From the NCBI GenBank assembly GCA_009885955.1, contig VFJS01000086.1, positions 1 to 24,797 of the forward strand: a DNA stretch of 24,797 nucleotides, in the 5' to 3' direction. The notes below the pieces were generated by a model, which saw only the letters and a list, made by a program, of their open reading frames with translations, made no database searches and was not told where the DNA came from. Shown here piece after piece: positions 7,921-16,665 of the stretch. Numbering within the stretch: the stretch's first letter is position 1; every line of letters begins with the position of its first letter. Source of the DNA: Spirochaetia bacterium. Lineage in GTDB: Bacteria > Spirochaetota > UBA4802 > UBA5550. A program made the translations under genes and the position numbers.

Positions 7921-10437
7921 ATGAACCACAATGATAATATTCTTGATGATTATTTTGAAGAAGTCGGTAGAGATTCCGCTGACCATAAAAAAGATATAGA
8001 GAAATTTTCTCAATTGCTTGATAATCTTCTTGGTTCATATATTCCCGATAAAGATGATCGTTATAAAAATGAATTGGCTTCATTTAAGAATACAGTTCAT
8101 GACTTTGAAAAATATATTGAAAGAAATAAAGTATATCTTGCCAAACAAGAAAGAAACAGCCTCTCTTTAATATCAGAATCCGCCTATTCCTCAATAGTAA
8201 AAAAAAGGATGGCAGAAGATTTAATACATAAAATCAAAAAGAGGCACGAAGAAGAGAAAAGTAAAAATCAGGTTAAGGCTCTGATCGATAAAGAAATTGA
8301 TGAAATCCGCAATTCTAAAACAGGAATTGCCGCCTGGTACAGGATTACAAAATTTTCAATAAATTACGGGACATTGACTGTTTTTTCTCATAAAATCAGG
8401 GATTCCTCCTTATCAATCATCCGGAATAAAGTATTATCATGGCAGAAAACTATTGAAAAGGCCGTTAAAAACTCCTTGGATAACAAATATTATATGTTAA
8501 GCACAATTGAGTATAATGCGCTCGAAATAATCCTGCAGCTTAAAAAACCTATCGATGACATCTGCAGTATCAATATTAGTTTTTATTATGATGACAGGTT
8601 GATATCTGATAAGATCGATAATTTTGCAAAAATATATATAACCCTGCTGAAAAATTCCAGGTATACAGAATTTGCATTTAATAAGGTTATCAAAGAAAAG
8701 GATTCTAAGGAAAAAAATAACAATCATGGTCTTTATGGCATCTTGAAAAATTTATTGGACCAGCCAATTCATAATAATAAACCATTATTAAGAAATGAGT
8801 ATGATAAAATAAAGAACAGTATCACCGGCTTTTTATTTTCCTATTATACTTCACGTGAAAAAGTCATCATCAGGACAATAAATCAAATACTATACCTGCT
8901 GGCGTTTGATGGGAAGCTCAACTATGATCAAAAACATCTGACAGAAGAGGCTCTGCTGAAATCGAAGATTAGTCAGGAATCAATTAAAGTTGACGATAGT
9001 ATACCCGATAAAAAGCTTGAAGAACTTAACAGAGTTTTTGAAATATATTTACCAAAAGGGCTCCACCTGGAGGAGAGAATCGTCAGGGTTGATTATGGGA
9101 ATCAATATATGGCATTTATAAACAATGTTAAAAATAAACCTGTTATGAGAATCTTGAAACTATTTGAAGGAAATTATTATTATTTTATCGATTATATAAT
9201 TGATAAAAATAATTTCATTGTGATGTATGATGAAAATGAGTTTAATGGCTATTTTGACATAAAGCCTGAAATTTACGATACTGCAGACAAATATAATGCC
9301 TGCTTGACTGAATTAAGCGGCACCAAGAAAAAGGAGATTGAAGGGCTGGTTCCGGAATTGAATGGAACGGTTGAGGGTTTAATCAATAGCCTTACAAGTC
9401 CGGAATCTTCAAGGCTAACGGACAATCCAAAAATTAAATTTGCAACGAGTGTTCTGCAAAAAATATCGGAAATTAATTACAGGATCGCATCCAGTTTACA
9501 TGAAATGATTTCATCGTATTATAACAACAGGGAAGTGATTAATGAAGATAAAAAAAAGAATTTTGATTTTTTTTTAAATTCAATTGTTAAAAGGAGTAAA
9601 AATCAGCGGTTAAACAAATTTTTCAATAAAGATGATATATCATTAAAGGAATTCCTGGAATCGGCCTGTTCATTATGCTTTCATATTGCGCATTCATTGA
9701 ATAATGTAAGCATTGGAAATATGGTGAAAGAGAGGAACCAGCTTAAATCATCAATGACAAAAATTGAAATATCGCAACCCGGGTTAATTCATGAACAGTC
9801 AATTAATGCGGATATAGAAGAAAATAGTGTAATAGAGAAAATTGATACTATGTACAAGGACAGCTTAACAAAGCTATGGAAAATTGACTATTTTAAAGAC
9901 CAGGTTGTACCAAAACTTTACAATGAAAAAAATAATTATAAATTGAATATACCCAGGTTCGTGTTCATGAGTAATATAATCGGATTCGAAGAACTGAATA
10001 ATAAATACGGCCATAACAATGTTGACGATTATTTTTCTAAATTTTCATACGAAGTTCAGAAGCATGTAGATACTAAAAACAATGTTGATAATCTTGTATT
10101 CAGGTATGGAGCAGGGCAGCTGCTTGGATATCTGAATGATATCACTCTCCTGGAGGCAGTTGATATTTTAATGCGGGTCAACAGCTCTATACAAAACATC
10201 GTTTCATCCGATGAAAATGTTGCTTTTGATAAAATTATTTATAATTTTGCCGTTTATGAGGAGCGGCTTGATACCAATCATTTTCAAAATACTGTTTATG
10301 TGACTAAGATGCTATCGATTTTAAACAGCGGCCCCGGGAAACGAGTCGGTTTTTTAAAGAATCCTAAACATGAAATATCCGGGAAAGACTTTGATTCACG
10401 GGGCAACTTAAGCAGTGACCTTTTTACACAAATGTAA
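7921..10437 (+). CDS. Large hypothetical protein (838 aa): Lys/Asn/Ile-rich helical N-terminal ~675 aa plus a C-terminal degenerate GGDEF-like palm domain
   Basis: Intact 2.5-kb ORF. C-terminal domain assignment is given under 9949-10336. Confidence 0.7.
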   Translation: MNHNDNILDDYFEEVGRDSADHKKDIEKFSQLLDNLLGSYIPDKDDRYKNELASFKNTVHDFEKYIERNKVYLAKQERNSLSLISESAYSSIVKKRMAEDLIHKIKKRHEEEKSKNQVKALIDKEIDEIRNSKTGIAAWYRITKFSINYGTLTVFSHKIRDSSLSIIRNKVLSWQKTIEKAVKNSLDNKYYMLSTIEYNALEIILQLKKPIDDICSINISFYYDDRLISDKIDNFAKIYITLLKNSRYTEFAFNKVIKEKDSKEKNNNHGLYGILKNLLDQPIHNNKPLLRNEYDKIKNSITGFLFSYYTSREKVIIRTINQILYLLAFDGKLNYDQKHLTEEALLKSKISQESIKVDDSIPDKKLEELNRVFEIYLPKGLHLEERIVRVDYGNQYMAFINNVKNKPVMRILKLFEGNYYYFIDYIIDKNNFIVMYDENEFNGYFDIKPEIYDTADKYNACLTELSGTKKKEIEGLVPELNGTVEGLINSLTSPESSRLTDNPKIKFATSVLQKISEINYRIASSLHEMISSYYNNREVINEDKKKNFDFFLNSIVKRSKNQRLNKFFNKDDISLKEFLESACSLCFHIAHSLNNVSIGNMVKERNQLKSSMTKIEISQPGLIHEQSINADIEENSVIEKIDTMYKDSLTKLWKIDYFKDQVVPKLYNEKNNYKLNIPRFVFMSNIIGFEELNNKYGHNNVDDYFSKFSYEVQKHVDTKNNVDNLVFRYGAGQLLGYLNDITLLEAVDILMRVNSSIQNIVSSDENVAFDKIIYNFAVYEERLDTNHFQNTVYVTKMLSILNSGPGKRVGFLKNPKHEISGKDFDSRGNLSSDLFTQM
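9949..10336 (+). other. Degenerate GGDEF-like (nucleotidyl-cyclase palm) domain, predicted catalytically inactive
   Basis: FVFMSNIIGFEELNNKYGHNNVDDYF aligns to the GGDEF consensus L.LIDLDHFK.IND.YGH..GD.VL, with both metal-binding Asp replaced (N, G). RYGAGQLLGYL sits where RYGGEEFaill should be (GGDEF becomes GAGQL, codons 10108-10122). AVDILMRVNSSI and VAFDKIIYNFAV match the downstream helix and strand. No RxxD I-site (NNVD instead). Confidence 0.6.
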
Positions 10438-10527
10438 AAATCAAATAGGATTGTTGAATTATTCCAGGATTAAGTCAAAAAAATTGTATCGTTAAAGCGG
10501 ATAAAAATATATTTGCAGGACTATGTA

Positions 10528-11214
10528 ATGAAAAAACTTAGTACAAAGGGCATATGTGCCTATTGTAAAAATGAGATCCCTAAAAATTCACGTTCAATTC
10601 TTGCCCATTATTCCAAATGCAAGGGGAGAATTATTCATAAAACATATAGCCATACAAAACATATGGTTTTATTAATTGAGGATAAATATAATTCCGGATA
10701 TTGGCTTGTCATCGTGGCAAAATCAATTTTACCAATGAAAAAAATCGATACATTTATTAAAGATATATGGGTGGAATGCTGTGGTCATGTAAGTTCATTT
10801 GCTAAAGGATCTTTAAAAATTGGAATGAATCAAAAATTAAATCAGGTTTTCAAGAAAGAAAATAAAATTGAATATATCTATGATTATGGGTCATCAACTG
10901 AAATTTCCATATCATTATTGCATGAAATTGGAGATGAGGATGAAAAAGACGTTCAAATTATATTCCGTAATAAAGATATGGAATTTCAATGTTCCTATTG
11001 TGATAATAAAGCTATAGTAATTTGTAGATTTTGTGAATTTGACAAAGAAAAAGGTTTTTTATGTGAATCCTGTTATGAAAAAGATAACTGTGTCAAGTTT
11101 GAAGGACGAGAGGTATTATTACCAATAATAAATTCTCCAAGATCAGGTAAGTGTTGTTATAGGGGCTATAGGGGAAAAAATGTTGAAAAGTATTTTCCTA
11201 ATGATATTATTTAG
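10528..11214 (+). CDS. pRiA4b ORF-3-like domain protein with Cys-rich zinc-ribbon/zinc-finger segments (tentative)
   Basis: YWLVIVAKSILPMKKIDTFIKDIWVECCGHVSSF and KIEYIYDYGSSTEISISLLHEI resemble the PRiA4_ORF3 family blocks (IWRRi.VP.d.TL.dLH.viq.amGW...HLH.F; kFeYeYDFGDsWeHei.vEki). Multiple CxxC pairs (CAYCKNE; CSYCDNKAIVICRFCEF...CESCYEKDNC). The listed ORF starts at TTG 10513; ATG 10528 has an AGGA 7 nt upstream. Confidence 0.5.
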   Translation: MKKLSTKGICAYCKNEIPKNSRSILAHYSKCKGRIIHKTYSHTKHMVLLIEDKYNSGYWLVIVAKSILPMKKIDTFIKDIWVECCGHVSSFAKGSLKIGMNQKLNQVFKKENKIEYIYDYGSSTEISISLLHEIGDEDEKDVQIIFRNKDMEFQCSYCDNKAIVICRFCEFDKEKGFLCESCYEKDNCVKFEGREVLLPIINSPRSGKCCYRGYRGKNVEKYFPNDII

Positions 11215-11232
11215 TAATTTGTTATTATCAAC

Positions 11233-11439
11233 TTGGCATTGATATTGCAATGTTTGACTTCAATTCATGATATTAACATGTACCAAGAATGCCTGAAGTC
11301 CAGCATCATCAGAAGGCCATCAGGGAAGAAATGTGTCCAGGATATTTGCCTTGATAAAGGATATGATTCAGATGAGGCTATAAAATTTTTTCCGGACATC
11401 CATCATAAGGTTAAAGACATATTAAAACTTGCTTTTTAA
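11233..11439 (+). pseudogene. IS5-family-like (DDE_Tnp_1) transposase internal fragment
   Basis: RRPSGKKCVQDICLDKGYDSDEAIKFF matches the (K/R)-rich then aDKGYDS block that carries the second catalytic Asp of IS5/IS1182-type transposases. 68 aa only. Confidence 0.4.
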
Positions 11440-11599
11440 ACCGGGAAACAGGGAAAATATATTTCAGCCTTGCTGGGGTCTGCCGGGCCCGACAGGGCCC
11501 TGTATGAAAAGGTAAAAAATGAACTCCCTTCAGCCCTCATAAACATTCACCATCCCAAACCAGCTCCTCCCATTCCGCCGGCCTGCGCAGGTTTTTTCC

Positions 11600-11700
11600 G
11601 CCCCTCCCCCTTGCCGCCCCCCCAGACCCCCCAGGCTTACCCCCACCCCTTTAATCGGTATTGCGATTTAAGCTGGGGGGTGCTCAAAAGGGGGAGGGGC
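11600..11700. other. GC-rich imperfect inverted repeat / long hairpin in an otherwise AT-rich genome
   Basis: gcccctccccctt (11600-11612) is the reverse complement of aagggggaggggc (11688-11700). Inner arms ccccccag (11618-11625) and ctgggggg (11673-11680) also pair. Upstream at 11493-11502 is the perfect palindrome cagggccctg. The Pro-rich ORF 11470-11709 is an artefact of the C-runs. Confidence 0.5.
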
Positions 11701-11911
11701 TTGGTCTGACTATTGGCCTGCTGCCATGAATCAAAATATGTCCAGAATTATCTTATCCCATATACTCCCTGCAGTCCAAAAACGCTGCCAACAGCCATCC
11801 CAAAAAAACCGCTCCGGCCATCTCTCTTATAGTGACATGTTCATTTTTTCTTATCTACCCCAGGAAATATCATAAACTGTTTGTGTCTTAAAATCATCTT
11901 CAACCTAAAAG

Positions 11912-11930
11912 CCCGCCCACCCTTTAAAGG
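11912..11930. repeat. Second copy of the CCCGCCCRCCCTTTAAAGG motif
   Basis: cccgcccaccctttaaagg, 18/19 identical to 1637-1655. Confidence 0.45.
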
Positions 11931-12526
11931 TAAATTTCTTCGTCGCAGACCAGCCTTTCAGTCTCCAAAATATTCAACACCCATAAAAATAAAACTTATT
12001 GTATCATGTCCCACCCCTGGCGGGTAGGGCAGGGGAGTTAACCTTTATTGTTTGTAACATAGAATAGGCTGTAATCGTGGGATGAAAATTATTTATTACC
12101 TGCTGGACTGCTCCTCAGAAATTTTTCATCGCCCGTAGTGTATTTCAAAACAGAAACTTACTATCAAAAATTAATCTTGTTGACATAAAGCTCGCAGTAC
12201 ATAGTGTTATAAAAAAATTATTTAATATACCAAAATACTCCGATTTTTATACCTTATTGTTCAATAAAATTATCTCTTCATGTAACCATTTACATATAAA
12301 AAATAAATTTTCCATGTTAGATATGTATATGGTTATTTCCAAGAAAATCTAAGTCAGAACTTCAATATTTTTGAAAGGGAAAAAGTACAGAAATAATGCA
12401 ATACATGACAAAGGAAATTTATTTTAAAATAAAAATATTAATATCTAAATAAAATTATAATTTCTGTCACATTATTTAATAAATAGATGAATTAAAGGTA
12501 ATAAATTATTCAAGGAGTTAATCAAA

Positions 12527-13540
12527 ATGGTTTTATATGAAAGGATAAATGCAAAAATTAACGAGTCCTTGATAGTAAACAGGCAAGGAAAAATATTTAA
12601 CATGGGGTCTGGAGGGTCTGCCAGAATTTTTCAAAAAGACTCCTATGTTATGGTTCCAATGAATAATCAAAATATCACATTTCAGATGTCTCAAACATCA
12701 AATGACGGAATTGACTTGAGATATAAGGGAATATTAAGTTATAGGATAAGCGACCCTCTGGAGGCGGCAAAACGTTGGGATTTTACAAATACAGGAATTG
12801 CTCTTGAAAATATAGAAGATAGTCTAAAGAAATTTCTCATGGGCGAGTTGAGAATTATAACAGTGAACATGCCGTGGCAAGACATCATAAAAAATAGAGA
12901 TGACATTACTGAGAAGTTATCGAAGTCCCTATATGATTTTATTTCCGGAAACAGGGAAGAAGGCAGAAAACTATGGCCCATTGAAGTAGATATAATCCAG
13001 GTGGGCCAGGTTTTCATTCAATCGGACGAAGTTGTAGGTCAATTACAATCGACACAGAGATGTAATCTGCGGTTACAGGATAATTTAAACCAGCAAAATC
13101 TTGATGAAGAAACCTCAAAATCAAAACTTGAATCTGAAGAAAAGATTAAAAATAAAAAATCAGAAATTGATAAAAAAGAACGTATCCAACGATTTGAAAA
13201 AGAGCAGGATGAACTTAATTTTAAGATAAAATTAGAAGAAGAAAGAACAATAGTTGAATCTGATTTAGAAAGAATGAAATTTATTAAAAAAATTGAATTG
13301 GCAAAATTAGAATTGGAATTCAAACAAATCCTTAAAAATATTGGTGAAATTTCAACAGATACAAATCTTCTTGAGGAAAAAAAGCGAAAGGAAATCAGCA
13401 GAGAAATAGATATATTAACCCTGGAGAAGCTTCCGGAAATAAGCAAGGGGCTTTTTGGGAATTCACAAATACATATAACTAATTCATCTGAAATTGAGGA
13501 TATTATATCTATTTTTATTAAAAAAATTAAGAATATCTAA
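12527..13540 (+). CDS. SPFH/Band-7 (flotillin-like) domain protein with a C-terminal Glu/Lys-rich coiled coil
   Basis: AAGGAG 9 nt upstream of the ATG. The N-terminal ~170 aa follows the Band-7 pattern (ILSYRISDPLEAAKRWDF; ELRIITVNMPWQDIIKNRDDITEKLSKSL; IEVDIIQVGQVFIQSDEV). Residues ~180-300 have heptad-like EEK/KLE periodicity, as in flotillins and YqiK. Confidence 0.55.
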   Translation: MVLYERINAKINESLIVNRQGKIFNMGSGGSARIFQKDSYVMVPMNNQNITFQMSQTSNDGIDLRYKGILSYRISDPLEAAKRWDFTNTGIALENIEDSLKKFLMGELRIITVNMPWQDIIKNRDDITEKLSKSLYDFISGNREEGRKLWPIEVDIIQVGQVFIQSDEVVGQLQSTQRCNLRLQDNLNQQNLDEETSKSKLESEEKIKNKKSEIDKKERIQRFEKEQDELNFKIKLEEERTIVESDLERMKFIKKIELAKLELEFKQILKNIGEISTDTNLLEEKKRKEISREIDILTLEKLPEISKGLFGNSQIHITNSSEIEDIISIFIKKIKNI

Positions 13541-13588
13541 TGATCTTTTATATGAATGTTTATGTTATTCAAAAATGGAGGACTCCCC

Positions 13589-14764
13589 ATGACGAATTTT
13601 ATTAAAAATATTTTTAACAACGAAAAAAAATACACAGAACCGCAGTTGCTGAAAGAAATCGATAAGATCATTAAGAAAAAAGGGGATATCAATGCCCTCA
13701 TCGACGGCAAACTTTCCCTGTTGCATATAGCCGTTGCAGGTAATCATATTGGGGCAGTAAAAAAGCTCATTGAAGTGAAGGCCGATATGAATATTATTTC
13801 TCCAATGGGAATCTTCCCCCTTCACTCTGCCTGTCTTGGCCCGGGGGATAGCTTAGACATGATAAAAATTCTCACTGAAAACGGCGCTAATGCGCAAGCG
13901 GAAACCGAAAAGGATGAAAAGCCCCTCCACTTTGCATCATATTTCAAGGACAGTAAAACCGGTGAATACCTGGCGCAGTATTATGATGATATCGATATCA
14001 AAGACATAGAAAATGAAACACCTCTGCATAAAGCTGCATATTGGGGAAACAGGGGAATGACAGAATTGCTGATAAAAAAAGGGGCTGATATAAATGCCCA
14101 GAGTATGGACGGAATGACCCCACTTCACCTAACTATATTCTTTTTACGACTTGAAGCTATGGATGATCTCCTAAAAGGAGGCGCCGATCCAAATATCAAA
14201 AATAATGACGGCCATACTCCGCTTTTTATTCTTACAAGCTACATCCTCCCAGATGATGAAGTATCAAAGAAAAAAATGCTTGATATGCTCCTTTCATCCG
14301 GCGCGGAATTTACAATGCCAACTGGAGTTGATAATATTATTGATCTGGGAATCGAAAAGTTTGAAAGAGGAGATTGCGAAGGGGCTATTAAATTATATAA
14401 TGAAGCCCTTATAATGGAGCCGGATAACGTATACGCCTTATTCAACAGAGGAAATGCCTTCACCAATTCTGAAAACCGTAGGGAGGCAGTCAAAGATTAT
14501 ACAAGAACAATTGAGCTTGATCCCCGCTATATTCCAAGTTATTTATATCGTGGAGATAATTATGTGCATCTTGAAATGTACGAAGAGGCCCTTAATGATT
14601 TCAACAAAGTCATAGAGATGGAACCTGAGGGCAATGAAGGTTATTTCAGAAGAGGGGTATTCTATTTTTCCATGCAAAAAACGGATGAGGCCCGTAAAGA
14701 TTTCATAAAAGCCGCGAAAATGGGGAATGAAAGGGCCGGTGAATTGTTAAAGAAACATTTTTGA
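13589..14764 (+). CDS. Ankyrin-repeat + TPR-repeat protein
   Basis: GGAGG 7 nt upstream of ATG 13589; the listed ORF start at 13556 is probably too early. Ankyrin repeats include SLLHIAVAGNHIGAVKKLIEVKADMN and TPLHKAAYWGNRGMTELLIKKGADINAQSMDGMTPLHL. TPR-like units run from AIKLYNEALIMEPDNVYALFNRGNAF to GYFRRGVFYFSMQKTDEARKDFIKAAKMG. The ankyrin block is about 60% identical to residues ~115-190 of the 1319-aa protein. Confidence 0.8.
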   Translation: MTNFIKNIFNNEKKYTEPQLLKEIDKIIKKKGDINALIDGKLSLLHIAVAGNHIGAVKKLIEVKADMNIISPMGIFPLHSACLGPGDSLDMIKILTENGANAQAETEKDEKPLHFASYFKDSKTGEYLAQYYDDIDIKDIENETPLHKAAYWGNRGMTELLIKKGADINAQSMDGMTPLHLTIFFLRLEAMDDLLKGGADPNIKNNDGHTPLFILTSYILPDDEVSKKKMLDMLLSSGAEFTMPTGVDNIIDLGIEKFERGDCEGAIKLYNEALIMEPDNVYALFNRGNAFTNSENRREAVKDYTRTIELDPRYIPSYLYRGDNYVHLEMYEEALNDFNKVIEMEPEGNEGYFRRGVFYFSMQKTDEARKDFIKAAKMGNERAGELLKKHF

Positions 14765-14773
14765 TGTTTTAAG

Positions 14774-15481
14774 ATGAGTAAAATCAATAAAATTTTCTCT
14801 ATTATAAGGTTCCTTATATTTTTTGTCCTTGGTATTGTCATTATTTATTATAAACTGCCGTCCTATTATAATGTTGTCAAAAAAAACAAGCCTCAATTAG
14901 TTACTTTGAAAGATTTGTTGAATACAAAACAGGATACACCGTACCTTGAAATATATGGAAAATTAGATTTTAGCCATACGCTGAAATTGGAAATTTATGA
15001 TAATCATACAGGTGAAGTAAAAAGTAATAAATATCTCTACCCTCTTTTTGATGATACACATGAGAGTGGAATATATATCATTACAGCAACAACACCTGTA
15101 TTTATGGAGGGGCGCTATCCAGGAAAGAATTCTTTTAAAGGTCTATGGAAAAATTTTGAATTAAATGTTGTTTTTCAAATTATAAATATAGATGAAAAGG
15201 TAAATCCTTACAAACATTCGGATTTAAATTTATTACCAAAGGGTGAAATATCAGCGGATGAAATAATTAAATTTTCTGAGAAGTGTAAAATTAAAGAAAA
15301 AAAAGAAGGTTATAAGCCGGTTTATAGTGGAGTTTATCTTGATATTGATTCAGTTGAGAGTATGGTGGGTTATCATTTCGATAATATATTTTTTATTTTA
15401 ATTGGAATATTCTTTATCATAATTGGAGCGCTTATTTTAAAAAGCAGCGGAATCGTTCAAATTTTTTGGATACAAAATTAA
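14774..15481 (+). CDS. Membrane protein with N- and C-terminal TM helices (hypothetical)
   Basis: Starts 9 bp after the upstream stop, so likely in an operon. Hydrophobic IIRFLIFFVLGIVIIYY at the N-terminus and IFFILIGIFFIIIGALIL at the C-terminus. Confidence 0.5.
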   Translation: MSKINKIFSIIRFLIFFVLGIVIIYYKLPSYYNVVKKNKPQLVTLKDLLNTKQDTPYLEIYGKLDFSHTLKLEIYDNHTGEVKSNKYLYPLFDDTHESGIYIITATTPVFMEGRYPGKNSFKGLWKNFELNVVFQIINIDEKVNPYKHSDLNLLPKGEISADEIIKFSEKCKIKEKKEGYKPVYSGVYLDIDSVESMVGYHFDNIFFILIGIFFIIIGALILKSSGIVQIFWIQN

Positions 15482-15599
15482 GCCGCATACAAACAAAATT
15501 GGATTCTCAGCGTTCTATTAACGATGGGCTTTATATAGTTGAAATGTAATTGACATTTAAAAATTTCAAAGATGAATACTCAAAAATTGGAGGCTTTTA

Positions 15600-16535
15600 T
15601 TGGAATTAATAAACGAAGATTTCATGGAATTATATGGCGCATTTCTTCAATTTGTGCTCTTTGATAAATCAAGTGATCAACTCCTGTTTCATAATGACGG
15701 TACAGTTAAGGATATAAATATTTTTAAAGAAGATTTATTTATAGATAAAAATCTTGATAATATAACTTATTTCAAACGGTTTCCTGATAAAAAAGATTTA
15801 ATAAAAAATAAAAAAAATTTATCGTTAATTTTTGAAATGCTTCATTCAATCCCCGCCCTTTTTACTGAAGTGGGAAGACTATATATTCGTCTAAAAAATG
15901 ATTTATATCAAATTAATGATCCAAAATTCAAATCAATATTCGATAAAGATCTATTATTCAATGACATTTCATTTTATGATGAAGGGGGATTTAACCGTAT
16001 TCATCTATTGAAATCAAAAAATAAATTAGTTGTTTTAAGAACAATTAAGAAATTTGTTTTAAATTTGCGTAATTATCAGGTGCAGCATAATACACACTGC
16101 CGTCTTCGTGAATTTATCTCAACTGATTCAGAACTGAAAGAATTGTGGAATATTCCTGATTCAATTTTTGTTCCTCTGCATTCAGCCTATATGATAATGG
16201 AATTCATACCTCGTTCGGAAAAATTGGTTAAGTCAATTACAAAAATGGCTAATTCCGATAGGGTTTTAACCTTAGATTCATGTAATTTACTTTTAGATAA
16301 ACTTAAAAAAGTTTGAGACGAGAGATTTGTTCATCGGGATCTTCATGGAGGGAATGTACTAGTTCAGAATGGAATAAATGGCTCATTAGAAAAATTCTGG
16401 CTCATTGACTTTGATTTTTCAGCATTTCAACCATTATCAATGAATGATCATCAGTCTTATAGAGAAATTAATACAGCCGGTTTGACAACTTATGAAAATG
16501 ATTCTCAAATTTTAAAATTGATTGACTTAGAATAA
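15600..16535 (+). pseudogene. Protein-kinase-like (APH / Kdo-LPS-kinase / eukaryotic-like kinase fold) gene interrupted by an in-frame TGA at 16314-16316
   Basis: GGAGG 6 nt upstream of TTG 15600. The same frame continues after the TGA as DERFVHRDLHGGNVLVQNGINGSLEKFWLIDFDFS..., containing the catalytic-loop HRDLHGGN motif and the DFD (DFG-equivalent) motif. The frame ends with TAA at 16533-16535. Confidence 0.55.
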
Positions 16536-16665
16536 TTGAAAATAAAGGATACTGCTAAAAATATTATCCAAAAAATTTCCAATCGAAAGCATATTTTCAT
16601 TGACAATGAAAACTATATCTAATAGTCTTCATTATAAATGAAAACAAATTTTACGGACACAGACC

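Noticed and set aside
7508-8727. Minus-strand ORFs 7508-7717, 7805-8083 and 8497-8727
   Set aside because: They overlap the transposase fragment or the 838-aa CDS in antisense. No motifs.
7458-11439. The two transposase fragments being halves of one IS split by insertion of the intervening 3.5 kb
   Set aside because: The fragment order is wrong: the C-terminal E-motif piece is upstream of the DKGYDS (second-Asp) piece on the same strand. They must therefore be separate remnants.
11470-11709. 79-aa Pro-rich ORF (…PKPAPPIPPACAGFFRPSPLPPPQTPQAYPHP…)
   Set aside because: It is produced by reading through C-runs of the GC-rich inverted repeat. It has no start context and low-complexity composition, so it is a sequence-structure artefact rather than a gene.
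12739-14493. ORFs 12739-13017(-), 13039-13446(-), 13565-13825(-), 13937-14128(-), 14205-14414(+) and 14239-14493(-)
   Set aside because: All lie inside or antisense to the SPFH and Ank-TPR genes. The Ser/Phe-rich translations mirror the Glu/Lys-rich sense strand.
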